Both the position numbers and the translations under genes were made by a program. Of a stretch of DNA of 64,000 nucleotides, positions 1 through 11,877 are shown in pieces. The notes under the pieces are model-generated. The model saw only the letters and a list, made by a program, of their open reading frames with translations, was not told where the DNA came from and made no database searches. Numbering within the stretch: the first letter of the stretch is position 1; each line of letters starts with the position of its first letter. The stretch spans positions 1,237,907 through 1,301,906 of the forward strand of contig CAJINV010000009.1 in assembly GCA_905178155.1 (NCBI GenBank), given 5' to 3'. Source of the stretch: Amoebophrya sp. A120 (Eukaryota > Protista > Dinoflagellata).

Positions 1-1781
1 AGAGCTTGCGTCAGAAATCGACGAGAGGTCAGAAGACAAACTGGAAATCGACTGGGAAGTGATGCTGGACGACGATGCGCGCGACTGCTCCCTGCTTCTA
101 CTGTTTCCCAGGTTTTTAGACGATCTGCCCCTGTCGCGAGAAGGCTGCAAAGGATATCCGTGCTTCGCACCAGTGGCGTCATGGTCCCCTAGCTTATTTT
201 TCACCGGGGCGCCTCCACTGCGCGGCTTTCGAGCCCCTGCAGGCGATTCTCTTCCTTCATTGCGGCGAAAACTTTTGGGTGAGCTGGTTGTCGCTGGCGA
301 GGAGCAACTCCGGCGGGAACTCCGCGACCGCGGAACGTTGTCGTTGTACCCGACGGCTCTACCTTTCAAAGTGTTTGTCGTTCCGCCTCCGGTTGGTGTC
401 TGCGATGCCGTGCGAGAGAGCCTCTTCGGTCGTTCTTGCAGCAGTAGCTCATGATTTTGTTCGTTTTTCCATTTCCTTTTCCGTCGGCGGTCTTTTTCGC
501 CGTCCTCGGCGCCTGAAAATGAACACGCACCTCGGTCTGGACCGACCCGAATTCTGACCTCCTCATTCCGCTTCGCGACATCACCTCCGGCATCAGGGGT
601 CGTTGACGCCTCTTTTGATCCCGCTGCAAGATCACTCTCGTCGGTTGTTCCAGTTGCGAGAATGGTCATGCGCTCCTGCAGCCTTTGTTCCTGTTCCTCC
701 AGCACCTGGGCCAACCGCTGCCGTGCGCGTTCCTGCTTGCCCTCCTGTTTTTCGCAAATCCGCAGCCGTTCCTTCAGCGAGTGCGTCATGTACAGCAAAA
801 TCCCCAGGACGATGAGGAAGACGAAGTAGATGAGCAACGAGCCCATCAGGTACCCCGAATTGAAACAGGGCTGGTTCAGCTGTCCCATGTTCACCAGGCG
901 CATGGCCTCGAACCTACTCTTCACTGAAGTCAGTTGCATCCGCGAGATGATGTTGGTGCAGAATCCTAAAACAGCAAACGTCGTCGCGATCACCAACAGC
1001 GTGAACAGGCGGGACAGGTTGTTTGCGGACCACCGCTTGGGTGGATTTTCTTTGTCTTCGAGTAGCGACTTATTCCGCACGCTGGTTTCGTCCAACGTCT
1101 GCGTCACGCGGTCGAATAGACCCTTATGCTGTTGCTTCTGACTGTTGCGACTGACATTGATGTTCCGTTTGTTGTTTTCCGTTCTTGTTACAGGGTGACT
1201 CTCAGTGGTGCGTCTGCGGTCAGAAACACGGTGAGCGAAATCTTCCAGTTCGGTCGTGGCTTTTTTGCTCTTTATGCGCCCCGAGTGAATTATGTAGTGC
1301 GTGGCGAAAAAGAGCATGATGGTGCAAATCGAGGCCGAAAACTCCAGCACGGCGGGAAAAGCCAGTTCCTCCGGAATTTGGTCCTGGTACAAACCCTTCA
1401 TCTTGAAAACTTCCTCCCAGCAGTACACCGAGTTGGCCCCGGTCAGGTGCCACATGTGTGGCAGGCACACTGGAAACACGGCGGCCGACATGGCAAGCAC
1501 CAGACGGACCAGGCGTATCTCCCGCTCGCAGTGCGTGCGCTCCCGCTGCAGGTCGCGCGTGATCTTCTCCTCGGTGAAAGACTTGCTGAGGCGCAGATCG
1601 TATAGCAAACTCGTGTCAACATTCCTCCTGTTGTTTTCCGCTTCCTCCACTTCCAGTCCTCCCTTCTCCCGTACGCGGCCACTCTTGCTCGACCTGCGTG
1701 AGGCAGGTTGCTTGTCCAAAAATGGCTCGGACTCTGAGCCATAGTTCTCTGAGGGATTGTCGAAGCTGGACCTGCGGGAGC
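1..1781 (-). CDS. Partial gene (runs off the left edge): about 4-TM membrane protein with coiled coil and Ser/Arg-rich tail, function unknown
   Basis: A minus-strand frame stays open from an AG acceptor (catttgcag|G at 1782-1783) to position 1. It is missing from the ORF track because it has no stop. Hydrophobic segments: LVRLVLAMSAAVFPVCL, LEFSASICTIMLFFATHYII, LFTLLVIATTFAVLGFC, YLMGSLLIYFVFLIVLGILLYM; then the coiled coil ERLRICEKQEGKQERARQRLAQVLEEQEQRLQE. Confidence 0.7.
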
Positions 1782-2272
1782 CTGCAAATGGCAACGATTT
1801 GTAGTTATTGTGCTTGTTCGCACGACCTGCTCCGCCCGGCATGATTTGTGTCCTAACAAACTTCAACACGATTATTTAGAGGCTTGACGACAGATAACAA
1901 GAGCAGCTGTGGCTGCCGGAAATATTCGTACACTCACAAAAAAAAATAACTCTGGCCTTATCCACAAGCAGTGGTCGCGGCAAGATATAGTCAAGCAAGG
2001 CAGACAGATAAGCACACAAAAGATGAAGGATCGAACATCGATTCGTCCGCGTTGATAGAAAGTCAGCGTCGTTTCGTCTTTGAGCTGGATCTCATGTTGA
2101 TGTGTCAGTGTCTGACTAGGCCGCGAGAAAAATAACGTTGTACAGATCGAGTGCAATAGCGCGCAGAGGTATCGTTGAGGGAGTACGTTTCTTTGTTTAT
2201 TGCTCTCCACACATACAAGTTGTGCGCAGCTAGTAGTGGTTCACCACCAATAAACGAAAAGTTGAGCTCGAC

Positions 2273-4602
2273 CTACTTCCCTCTCCTCCCGGCTCCGTTT
2301 GCAAGCGCGACACCGCCGGCGACAGCGGCCACCGAAATCGCGATGGGTATGACGTGGGAGGTCAGGCTGGTCCAGCTCATGCTGGACTCCAGTTCGCCGT
2401 CCAGTTCCTCCTTGTCCGAGTCGTTTCGCGACTTCGTTTCGAACGCCGCTTTCTGGTAGCTAGAATCACTACTAGCACCGGATGAAAACGTGGCCTGCAC
2501 ACTCGTGCCCACGCTGGCCACCCACGAATTCCAGTTGCTTTGCACCTGGGTGAAGTACTCCGAAACCGTGTCTAGTGTCGTCGCACCGGCACCGCCGTCC
2601 TGGTTCTTTTTGGTTCGCACCACTTCCCTCGAAAGCGGAACAACCTTGTTGATGTACTTTTTCTGGTTGCCCTCGATCTCCCCCACCTCCTCGAAGACGG
2701 AGTTGTCCGTTTTCTTAATTTTCGCCAACTGGCCGCACGCTGCGCTGATATCCCGACCGTGGGGTCGCCTGTTTTGGAAAATTCGGTCTCAACATCAACA
2801 TCAAGTGACTTTAAACATGAAACGAATGTTCAATTCTCTCCCCCGTCATTGTAAGTTCAAATTCTACTAAAATCAAATATCGTAGCGTCGCCGACGTGAT
2901 GAATCTCGACTGCCAAAAAAAGTCCGAAGTACCTTTCAAACGCTTTGATCCCGCTCTTCTCGATTTCGCTGGCGAACCAGACAATCTGCTCTGGCTTGCT
3001 TGGTCTGTAGTGCTCTGCCGGGTGCGACTTCAGTTTCTTCCCCCCGCGGGCCGGCTGATTCGCGTAGGGATCGAACTGGTTGAAGGGGATCAGATTGACC
3101 AGCACCTGCCGGTTTTTCAGCAAGGCACACAGCTCCTCACAGCACTCTTTGGTGTCGTTGACGCCGTCTATCATGACGTAGGAAATCATCACCAACCCCT
3201 TGCGCTTGCCGTCCGTCGCGTGCTTCTTGGCGTACTCGTCCAGCGTGTCCATCAGCTCGGGCAAGTGGTACTTTTTCGACACCGGCACGATCTGGTTCCG
3301 CAGACCCTGGTTCGGCGCGTGCAGGGAGAGAGCCAGCTTCACGTTGGGCAACTCCGTGAACAGCTGCCGCATGCGCGGTATGATCCCGACGGTCGACACG
3401 GTGCAATTGCGGTACCCTAGCCCGAACCGCTGCTGACTGCACATCCCCTTTAGGGCGGCAACCACACTGTCGTAGTTCTCCAACGGCTCCCCCATCCCCA
3501 TGAACACCACGTTGCTGATAAAGCTACCGAAATACGCGTGCCGCTCGCCCGCAATCCGTTCCAACAGGTCGGACCGGGACGTGCTGCTCGTCTGGCGCGC
3601 AGGCTGCGTAGCTAGGTCGGGCTTGAAATTTGTTCGCTGGTGTGTTCTCGTCGTGCTGGTCCCAGCTGTACTAGAGGTTGGCGACTTCATGTCGTCAGTG
3701 CTAGCAGCCTGCGTACTCGTAGTTTCGTTCAGACATGCGGTCTTTTCCTTCGTCAGCACGCTCAACACGTGGTCGGCCAGCAACAGCTGCTCCATGATCT
3801 CGCCGGCACTCAACGACTTTTCCAGTTTCATGGTCCCGGTGGCGCAAAAGGTGCACCCGAGATTGCAGCCCACCTGCGAGGACACGCACAGGGTTTTGCG
3901 CATCTCGATGCGCGGCTTGTTCGTCTCGATGATCCCCCGCTCGGTGTAAATCTTGTCCTCGCGCAGCATAGTATGGTTCTCCGTCGCGGTGGACGTCTTG
4001 GTTGTATTGGATGCGGAAGTAGAAGAAGTCGCTTTATTTGAAGACGTCCTTGTTCCTGGCAGCATTTGCGTTTTGGCTTTGCCCTCCTCGTCCTGCTCCT
4101 CCTTGCCGCTGCGCACCATGTTTATCGCGCTGTTCATGTCCTCCCCGGTGTGGTTGATGATAACCGCCTCAATCTCGCTGCCATTGGAGAGTTTGATCAG
4201 CAGCTTGATGGTTCCGTCCAACGCGCTTTGCTCCATGCAGCTGACGTAGGACGTGCAGTAGGCAAACTCTTCCTTCAGCAGCGGTATCACCCGGGGCGGA
4301 AACGTCGGGATGTCCCGCAGCGCGTCGAAATCGCCGCCGGACTTCAGCAACGTGCGCCATATCGTGTTCGCGTGCTCCTTTTTCGTTCCTAGCCGGTTCT
4401 CGAGAAAGTCGTGAAGCAATTTCTCGTCGAAAATTGCTTTCTTGTTTGGCGGAATATCACGCGTACCGGCACCGGAAACAAATTTCTGCGGTTCGGCAGA
4501 ACAAACCGACGTTGCCGTAGATGCCGTATAGGAGGGCGATGCCTCACCAGCTGCTGCGCCCAGCGCCGCTGCCGAAAAAAATTCGTCGGTCCCGTGAGGC
4601 AT
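2273..4602 (-). CDS. rlmN: RlmN/Cfr-family class A radical SAM RNA methyltransferase, 2 exons, with C-terminal hydrophobic extension
   Basis: Motifs TLCVSSQVGCNLGCTFC (CxxxCxxC), FMGMGEP, SLHA and NLIPFN. A GT-AG intron at 2769-2932 joins FER to RPHGRDISAACGQL, supplying the second catalytic Cys. ATG at 4602. Confidence 0.9.
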
Positions 4603-5404
4603 CGGGTTTTGTATTCGTTCTGTCGAACAGATCAATTATTTAAATTTAATGAGAAGTAGATTCCTATGAAAATAAATGCTGTCGTGGAGATACGACGGGG
4701 TACGACCAACTACAAAAGCAAAGGAAAAGCAAAGCGCACAAGAACTAGACGATGAAATATGTCAAGATGTAAACCGGTCGCTACATGGTAAGCATGCGTC
4801 AGTAGCTGCAACCGGACCGGGGGGTTCGCTTTTATTGTAAACGTGTTCGCTGCTGAGCAAAAAATGAAACCACATGAAAAAATGTCTCTTAACAAAAGGA
4901 TCTTTCAGGAACTGCATGGGCAGTTTCATCCAAACAAAAAGTGATCGCGAATTTATGGAGGTAGAATTGATTAGAGTAAAATTCGTGATCGTGTCAATTT
5001 GATCTACAATTTTCTTCCATTCTCCGTTCTGATCTTCATCTTTTTCTTTCGCTTTCTGAGGTGCTTAGCATGGAGAGCAATTGCGTGCTTTGCTCGGCCC
5101 AGCGTCTTCTCGAAAACTTTCATGTCAGGGGAGGACTTTGATCAACCACAGCCAGTAAAAGGGCGTGCACTGTTCGACTTCGTCAAGTGCACTGACTTGA
5201 ATAAACTTCTTGAGTGCTCGAAATACTTCTTTCCCCTTTCGAAAGTTCTTCTTTCTTCGACCAACACCGTTGCCTAGCCGCGAGTCTTTCACATTTGACT
5301 CTGATTTTTCTCATTAAGGACTTAAAGAAAGGATAACAGGAGGGATCTACTTCGGGGGGAGAAAACAAAACCGCAACCAGGCCAATAGAACTGCGCGGTT
5401 TCTT

Positions 5405-8400
5405 CTACGAGTATCCGTGGTAGAAGTCCGTTTTGCGGAACATTCGCCGGAAGTTGGGATCGCGGCCGCCCGATGACAGACTAACCGGGGCACCGGCGCC
5501 GCGCCCGGGAGGTGCACCTCCCGGCTTGATTGCCCCCAACTCCGACCCCTCTCTTGTTTTCGGGCTGTTTTTGTTCATAAAGGGGTGGATTTCACTGCTG
5601 GCCCAATTTTCCTCGGAGTGCATCTCGCCGCGCACCCGGCGGTTGTCTACGTTGAGGAACCGCTCCTCGTCCCGGAGACAGTCGAAGACCCGGTCGGAAT
5701 TGTAGACGCGGTGGTGGGCCTCTTGCTTCTTGCTGAGATCTAGCTGCAGCAGTCCTCTACTCGCGTCCTCCCCGCCCCCGCCGTCGCTGCCGAACTTGAA
5801 GTGGCTCCGCTGCTCGTTGTATTTTTTGTTGTTTTTGGTCCTGCTCGCCATCGCGAGCCCGCACTCGTCCGCCTCCGTGGAGGGCCGGCTGTGGTGAAAT
5901 AACTTGTCCGGGTGGCTGCGGTTGCTGGATTTCGTGCCGGTGAAGTGCTTCTTGGATTTGGACATCCGTCGGTAGTACTCCGCGTCCTCACCGTATCGCA
6001 ATAAAAAACTGCTTCACTGTGAACTTGTGATGCAGAGAACGAAGCACCATAGTGTTTGTCTTGCTACACCTGCAACACAATGGATTTTTAGGCCTGTTTT
6101 CCCTTGGGAAACGCGCATGGCAAATTTTCTGTGTCATGTGTAGCAAACTTGTGCAGATGCACATCTTGCAAAACCATCACAGTGAAACAGTTTTTTCATG
6201 GGATACACCGGCGTGGATGTCGTCCGAGCTCTGTTGCCGCTCCGGCACCCAGGGCGGCAGTTCGGCGCCCCGGCGGTAGTTCGGCAACCGCTCCTATCAA
6301 ACAGAAAAAAGCCCTTACCCCATAGAAACGAGGAAATTTCTGTTGCTGGATTTCTGTACACAAATCACCGCTGTATTGCTGAAGGCGCTTGGAGGCACTT
6401 CCTAAGCCTGATTGGGTATGCAACAGGCTAGCAGGTAGGCATGGCAGACATCTTTGCAGTATGCAAAAGCGCATCACAGATCGACAGTGGAATGCGACAA
6501 ACGGCTCTCACTTGCCCCATTTGCAAAACACGGCTGATTTGTGGCCACAAATCTATCAGCATCACATCGGAGATCTACGGGCTGTTCGTCCCGACTGGCT
6601 TCATGCCTTACTTAAAACCGATAAGCCATTCATTCATTCACTACCCTCGCGATTCAGTGCACTTCTGATGGTGCACGAGAGAAAAGCAAGTCGCACCAAC
6701 GCACTTCTGATGCTGATGGTGCGTGCAGGCGCTGCGCAAGCATTATGCTCCAATGAGCAACAGCTCACGTTTTACATCTTTATACTCTCCGCCGGTGGGA
6801 AGCAGCCACCAAGAGTCGATGCAAAGTGAAAGACTTACGCACCGCAAAACTATGTACGGCGCGAATCGCCGAGCACCCCGCAGCCAGGACACTGTCTAGA
6901 GCTACGCTATCCCCGAGCGGGCGAGGCATACAGTGCGCGTTTAGCGGATCAGTGCCTTGGGTCAGGTGATGCTAGACCTAAGGGGAAGCAGCCCCAAAAG
7001 CCATGAAGTTCATTGAATGCGTACACTGTCATCATCCGCCGCAGACGACACACCGCCCCCGGTTACGTAAACCAATAAAGTTAAGCTATTACGCCCTTAG
7101 TCCCTCGATGTCATGCAAAGACGAACCCCAGCGGAAAAAGGCGGAAGAAGAAAGAAGAGGAAGCTGGACGAAGACGGAAGTAAGACGGAGAAGTGGAGCT
7201 GCGAGACCCGAAGCTTCACTATTTTCCCCGCCTGGCTTGTCACACTGCGGTCGTATCCCATCGGCGATTTCCCCCGACGCCGATACTGTCGTATCCCCCC
7301 AAACAAACCCGCTGGCAAGGCGGAAAAAAAAACAGCTGCCCCTGCGAGGAAGCGGGTTCCGCGAACTAGCGCTAGTACAAGGATGAAACAAATAAGAAGA
7401 CAAAACTACACGGCAGAGAGGAAGTAAAAGGGTAGCGACCTACATCTACGTGGGCATGAGGGGAAGGCAGGGAAGATCGGACTTTTCGGAATGAGGAGCG
7501 TACGAATTTGCGATCTAGCTCCATACGAGGAAACAGGTACTAACGAAGGAAGTGCAGTAGCAACGAAGCGCAGGCAACCATACAAATCATCACACATTTT
7601 CACGAAAGGCAAAGACATACTTGGTAGCATGTCATACAAAACATACACAGCAGCAGCAAGTAAATCGGATTCACGTTGCTGTGCAAAGACTATACTTTCC
7701 GTCACAACGAAACCCAACCCCTCAGCCGCGAAGCCGAAGGGCCGGGGGCGTGGCACCTAACTCGAGGTTTGGAGTCCAAGCCATTCATCATCATACCCTC
7801 GCGATTCAGTGCACTTCTGATGGTGCACGAGAGAAAAACAAGTCGCACCAACGCACTTCTGGTGGTGCGTGCAGGCGATCTCATTCTACGATGCGCCAGC
7901 CTTAAACGCGGCCGGCGTGCGGGCCCGACTTTTCACGCTAGAGAAACAACGCGCACACGTTTGCACGAAGCCCACCCGGGCAAGAGCCAATCGAGAAGAC
8001 CCGGAGGTCAAGAGCCCGACTAGAAGCCCGGGGGTTAACGAACGCTAATGGGTCAGGTGCGAATCCGGCGCAGGAATCAATGGGGCCGATCATCATCGGA
8101 ATTTGGAACCAATGGGGGCGATCTCATCCTAGGGTGAGGATTTGCATGCCTATTTTGATACAACCTGTGACCGGGCTAGGGGGCACGCATAGGTGTGCCC
8201 ATCGTGCTGGGCTCCTCGGTACCCAGCGGGCACCACAGGCCGGCCGGGTGGCCTTCTTTTGTTCCCTTTGGCAATATTTTCCCCCTCCCCTGTGCGGGCG
8301 CACGTGGTTGTTGCTGGGAGCCCGGATCTATCATCTTATTTGGATACTTTCCGTCTCGCCCCCGACCGCCCCTCGCCGCGGCAATCGTGCATCTGTGCCT

Positions 8401-11400
8401 CGTTGGTACCGGTGAACTGTCGGCGAGGACGAAGAGGAGGTCGCGTAGGCCGGCAGCCAACGGTGGCGTCGACCCGCTTTGGCCTTAGTCTAAAAGATCA
8501 TGTCCTCTGGAGGGGAAGGGGAACAACAGCATGACGGACGCGTGACAGGGAAGGACTCATTCATTCACCCACGACCCTCGCGATTCGATGCACTTCTGAT
8601 GGCACATGTGGAAAAGCGATTGGCACCAGCGCACTTCTGATGGTGCGCGCAGGCACGGCGTCACAGCGACCCAGTGGCCAATGACTTATGTTTTGTGTTA
8701 TTATACTCTCCCGCGGTGGAAGCAGCCACCAAGAGCCTGCACAAAATGAAAGATTTACGCGCAGTAAGTTTTAACTAGACTCGAACGCCCTAAAGGACAA
8801 CCGCAGGTGGTGCCCTGTCTAGAGAGATACACACAGGAGGCCTACTTATCATACATTTGAAAATATTTCGTATGGAGAAAAACATCAGAGACGAACGTCA
8901 CGGTACGATACGAACGAACGAACCAACTAAACCAGCCAGCGGCAACGGGACGCCTACAGCCACACGGGGTCCTACGAGGACCGAGAACAGGCATGCCCGA
9001 CCTGAGGTAAGTAAAGGGCCTGGGGGTCTACGTAGGTGCTCGCATAGAACAAGTTTCGGCCCACACGCAACGCACCGTGGGTGCATGCTCACCGCTGCGT
9101 GAAAACTTGTTCTACCGCCATGCCCAACATCACAAATTTCCTTCTCGATATGGGGAGGGGGGATTTTTCCTCACAATAGCTCCGGACTCTGGTTGATCGC
9201 CGTCCAGTCTTTGCCCCAGTTCATATAAAATGCAAAAGTGTCTGGGTCTGGAAGGTTCTGAGACTTGTCATGCATGTTTTGCATGACCCAGGACGTCTGT
9301 AATGCATGCCCTAGCATCGCAGATTTTTAGATGGCTTCCCGATGTCTACTCCGCATGACAAATGCCCTCCCCGCGTAGCACAAAATAGACTCCTCTTGCT
9401 GGTCATGCAATGCAGACTTTTTTAGAGTCCAAAGCTAGCATCACAAGTTCCAACCTTCCAGACCCAGACATTTTTGCATTTGATAGTTCAGCACCTCGCG
9501 CGATTCGTAGCCCTTCCGCTCCTCGACCTCCTCCCGCGTGTGCGCTCGCTGGGAGTAGTTTCGTAAAGCAGTAATCTTTATTTCCAGGTTTTTTTTTTCA
9601 TTTTTCTAGTCACGCTGCAGCCGATCAGATGAAAACATCAAACGTATAGCTAAAACGAAATCATTGACGAACAAGCTGATAGATTATAACGCTAACGCCT
9701 ACTTAGGGAGGAAAACCGGGGGGACCGTGGTGAATCTTTAAAATTTTTCCGGCCTTCTCATCCGCCCCGGGCCAATCCTCATTGCGGCTTTCCTGCTTTC
9801 CGGGCTGGCAACTTGCCCTCCAGATATTGCAGAGCGGCCATGGTGCTATTTGCGCCATCCCCCTTCGCCCCTCTCGCCTTCAGCAGGTTGGGCACCCATC
9901 CTAGCAACGGCCGAGGGCACCTCCGCAACCCGTCTTCTTTGTGCCTATGGAGGCGGCACGCGCCGCGATCGCAGCGCCGGGGCGCAAGTTATGCCGCAAC
10001 CCCCAGCACAGCAAATCACAAAATGCCTGGAGTGGCCGCCAAGCTTTCCACGCCCGCGGCTAAGGGTTGACGGGCGCGCGCGAGTCCATTGGTGGCCCCC
10101 GGGGCAAGGAGCGCGAAGTGCCCGGCAGCCAGTGGCCGTCCGCCACGGGAGCAGCTGGTGGCGAAGACAATGCCGTCAAGGGTGGCCCCAATACATGTCG
10201 CCATGGCGCGGGGCCCTCTGGGGGCCCGGCGGCGACTTTGCTTGAAAGGACTGCCGAAAGGGTCCGACCTGGGACATTTCTGGGGCCAAATAATTTTTCC
10301 AGATTTTTCCCAGATTTGAACCCGATGCGGCCAGATTTACAGCGGTGCGACGTGAAAGATTTTCGCCAGATTTTGCCCAGATTGGCCCCCCGGATGGGGG
10401 CAAATCTGGGGCCCGATCTGGCCCAAATCTGGAAGCCGCACACTTTCGCCAGATTTGACCCCGAAGCGGCCGGAATTACAGCGGTGCGAGGTGAAAGATT
10501 TGCGCCAGATTAGTCCCAGACCCGGCCGACACATTCCGGCGCGGCCTATGCCGGGTTCTCGCAGGTTGGCCCGGGTTGCGCCGCCCGGGCCAGTCTGGGA
10601 GGACTCGGCGTCGGCGACGAACTGGCCGCCCGCCTCAAGGAAGCGCGCGCGAGCGGAAGCGCGAAATGGTGCGTCGCTCTCTCCCGCCGAGCTCCCCCCC
10701 GGCCACTCGGCCCGCTCCTCCGCTTCCAAATCAAGTAGTCGCATGTGGGGCCCGGTGGCGAGGTGGCCAGACCGGGGCCCTCCATTCATTCGCCACCAGT
10801 CCCCGACGCTCCCTATTACGGACCACACGCGCCGCCAGACAGCGAGGGCGCAGGGCGCACGCGGTGCGAAGCTGTGAAGCCCCGCATATTGCAAGAGCTT
10901 GCGCAATCTGATCGGCCGGCCGGATGAGAGCGCCAGAAAAATTCTAAAGATTCACCACGGTCCCCCCGGTTTTCCTCCCTAACCTACGACGCCTCTTGTT
11001 CTACTCGAGGGCGACACTAAAGCCATATTCTCTACCTCCGGTCCCGTGCTCGCATCGTTTTTCGTCCGTTGCTGCTGTCGCACCACCTTTCCAAATCCCG
11101 GAATTTCCTTGAAGGGATCGTATTCAACGACATTGTCGCGCTGCAACATGTAGTCCGTCCACTCCCCATGCTGCAGGTCGCCCATCCCGCCACCGCCGGA
11201 ACCCCGCCGCGTGGTGGGTATATGCATTGCAAATAGCTCTCGGTCCTCTGGAAGACCGCAACTTTCGAATCAATGCTGTCTCTGTCGAGATGAAACTGAA
11301 ATCTGTCTCGCATGAGCAGCAAGAGCGATCCAGCTTTTGTCGCCCTAGCAACGCAAGAGCCTTCGCAAAGCAAGGGAAGCTGTGGTTTGCATGCTTGATC

Positions 11401-11877
11401 GTCCAATAACAGCATGGCAACAATCTGCACTTTTCCAGACCCAGAACTATTTGCAGTTGATACCGCAGCCCATTGAATGACTTTGCCGCGTCGTTGAAAG
11501 ACTCCAGGCCCGCGTGCGACTCGTCCGGCTGGTTGGGAATAACATCCTGTGGGAAAACCGCCCAGATCCGTAATCATAACCAAGAACAAGCTTCTCTTGC
11601 TTGATGCGTGAGCGTGTCGAGCACAGAAATTTTCTTTCTCAAGTACCATGTAAAGTTGTTCTAATAAAATTTTGGAATTGACGCAGTCGACGACACCGAC
11701 TAAATCTGCTTGCCACAAAGAGGCTTTACAGTCATCGCCAAAGAATAAGAAAGCCAATCCGCTCTTGGTTAGATGTACGGAATTGCGGACGACGTTTTCA
11801 CAGTGGTACATGAACCTCCGCCGCGACCACTGCTCAACCGGGTCCTGAGGAATCATTTTCACTTCGTTTAGCACCAT
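5405..11877 (-). CDS. Orphan multi-exon gene interrupted by 4 TIR introners and 2 GT-AG introns
   Basis: Reconstructed frame: MVLNEVK..VVRNS | DVIPNQ..FNGLR | TTRRGSGG..PGFGK | ITALRNYSQRAH..EVLN | WGKDWTAINQSPE | RLPNYRRG..IHAG | EDAEYYRRMSK..YHGYS*. Each introner junction is in frame after removing element plus 5 nt, and the exon codons are GC3-rich. The boundaries of the intron at about 9576-11086 and the 3' end are less certain. Confidence 0.65.
5994..6205. mobile_element. TIR introner, 212 bp
   Basis: 29-bp TIR TATCGCAATAAAAAACTGCTTCACTGTGA (25/29 match); TSD CACCG at 5989-5993 and 6206-6210; removal gives HAG-EDA in frame. Confidence 0.9.
6295..9178. mobile_element. Family-A TIR introner expanded to 2884 bp by internal cargo
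   Basis: The left ~280 bp is homologous to the elements at 20042 and 24880. The right end is CGATATGGGGAGGGGGGATTTTTCC..AATA. TSD GCTCC at 6290-6294 and 9179-9183; removal gives SPE-RLPN in frame. Confidence 0.8.
6625..8824 (+). repeat. Three dispersed copies (about 6625-6901, 7779-7876, 8556-8824) of a hairpin-rich repeat inside the large introner
   Basis: All three share ACCCTCGCGATTC..GCACTTCTGATGG..GAAAA..GCACCA.CGCACTTCTG..GGTGCG.GCAGGC. Copies 1 and 3 also share TATACTCTCC..GGTGG(G)AAGCAGCCACCAAGAG..CTGTCTAGAG. Confidence 0.85.
9224..9485. mobile_element. Family-B TIR introner, 262 bp
   Basis: TIR TAT(A/C)AAATGCAAAA(G/A)TGTCTGGGTCTGGAAGG; TSD GTTCA at 9219-9223 and 9486-9490; removal gives EVLN-WGK in frame. 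Confidence 0.92.
9703..10982. mobile_element. Non-autonomous GC-rich DNA transposon (1280 bp) with TTAGGG...CCCTAA termini
   Basis: About 62-bp TIR TTAGGGAGGAAAACCGGGGGGACCGTGGTGAATCTTTA..CTCATCCG; TSD CCTAC at 9698-9702 and 10983-10987. Internal repeat of about 75 bp at ~140-bp spacing (10305-10520) rich in CCAGATTT. No transposase ORF. Confidence 0.92.
11221..11462. mobile_element. Decayed family-B TIR introner, 242 bp
   Basis: Ends TATGCATTGCAAATAGCTCTCGGT..CTGGAA and TTCCAGACCCAGAACTATTTGCAGTTGATA. Flanks GGGTA/CCGCA no longer match, but removing element plus 5 nt still gives FNGLR-TTRRG in frame. Confidence 0.75.

Noticed and set aside
6657-6700. Hammerhead ribozyme (CTGATG...GAAA...GTC)
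   Set aside because: The core is CUGAUGG rather than CUGANGA, stem II is absent in copies 1 and 2, and there is no room for stem III.
7430-7470. TYIYVG as a GIY-YIG endonuclease remnant
   Set aside because: It is a single short motif in a stop-riddled frame, which is insufficient.
6890-8825. Helitron 3' ends (CTAG) or LTRs for the nested repeats
   Set aside because: CTAG is not followed by T and has no adjacent hairpin at the expected spacing; no TG...CA ends, PBS or TSD were found.
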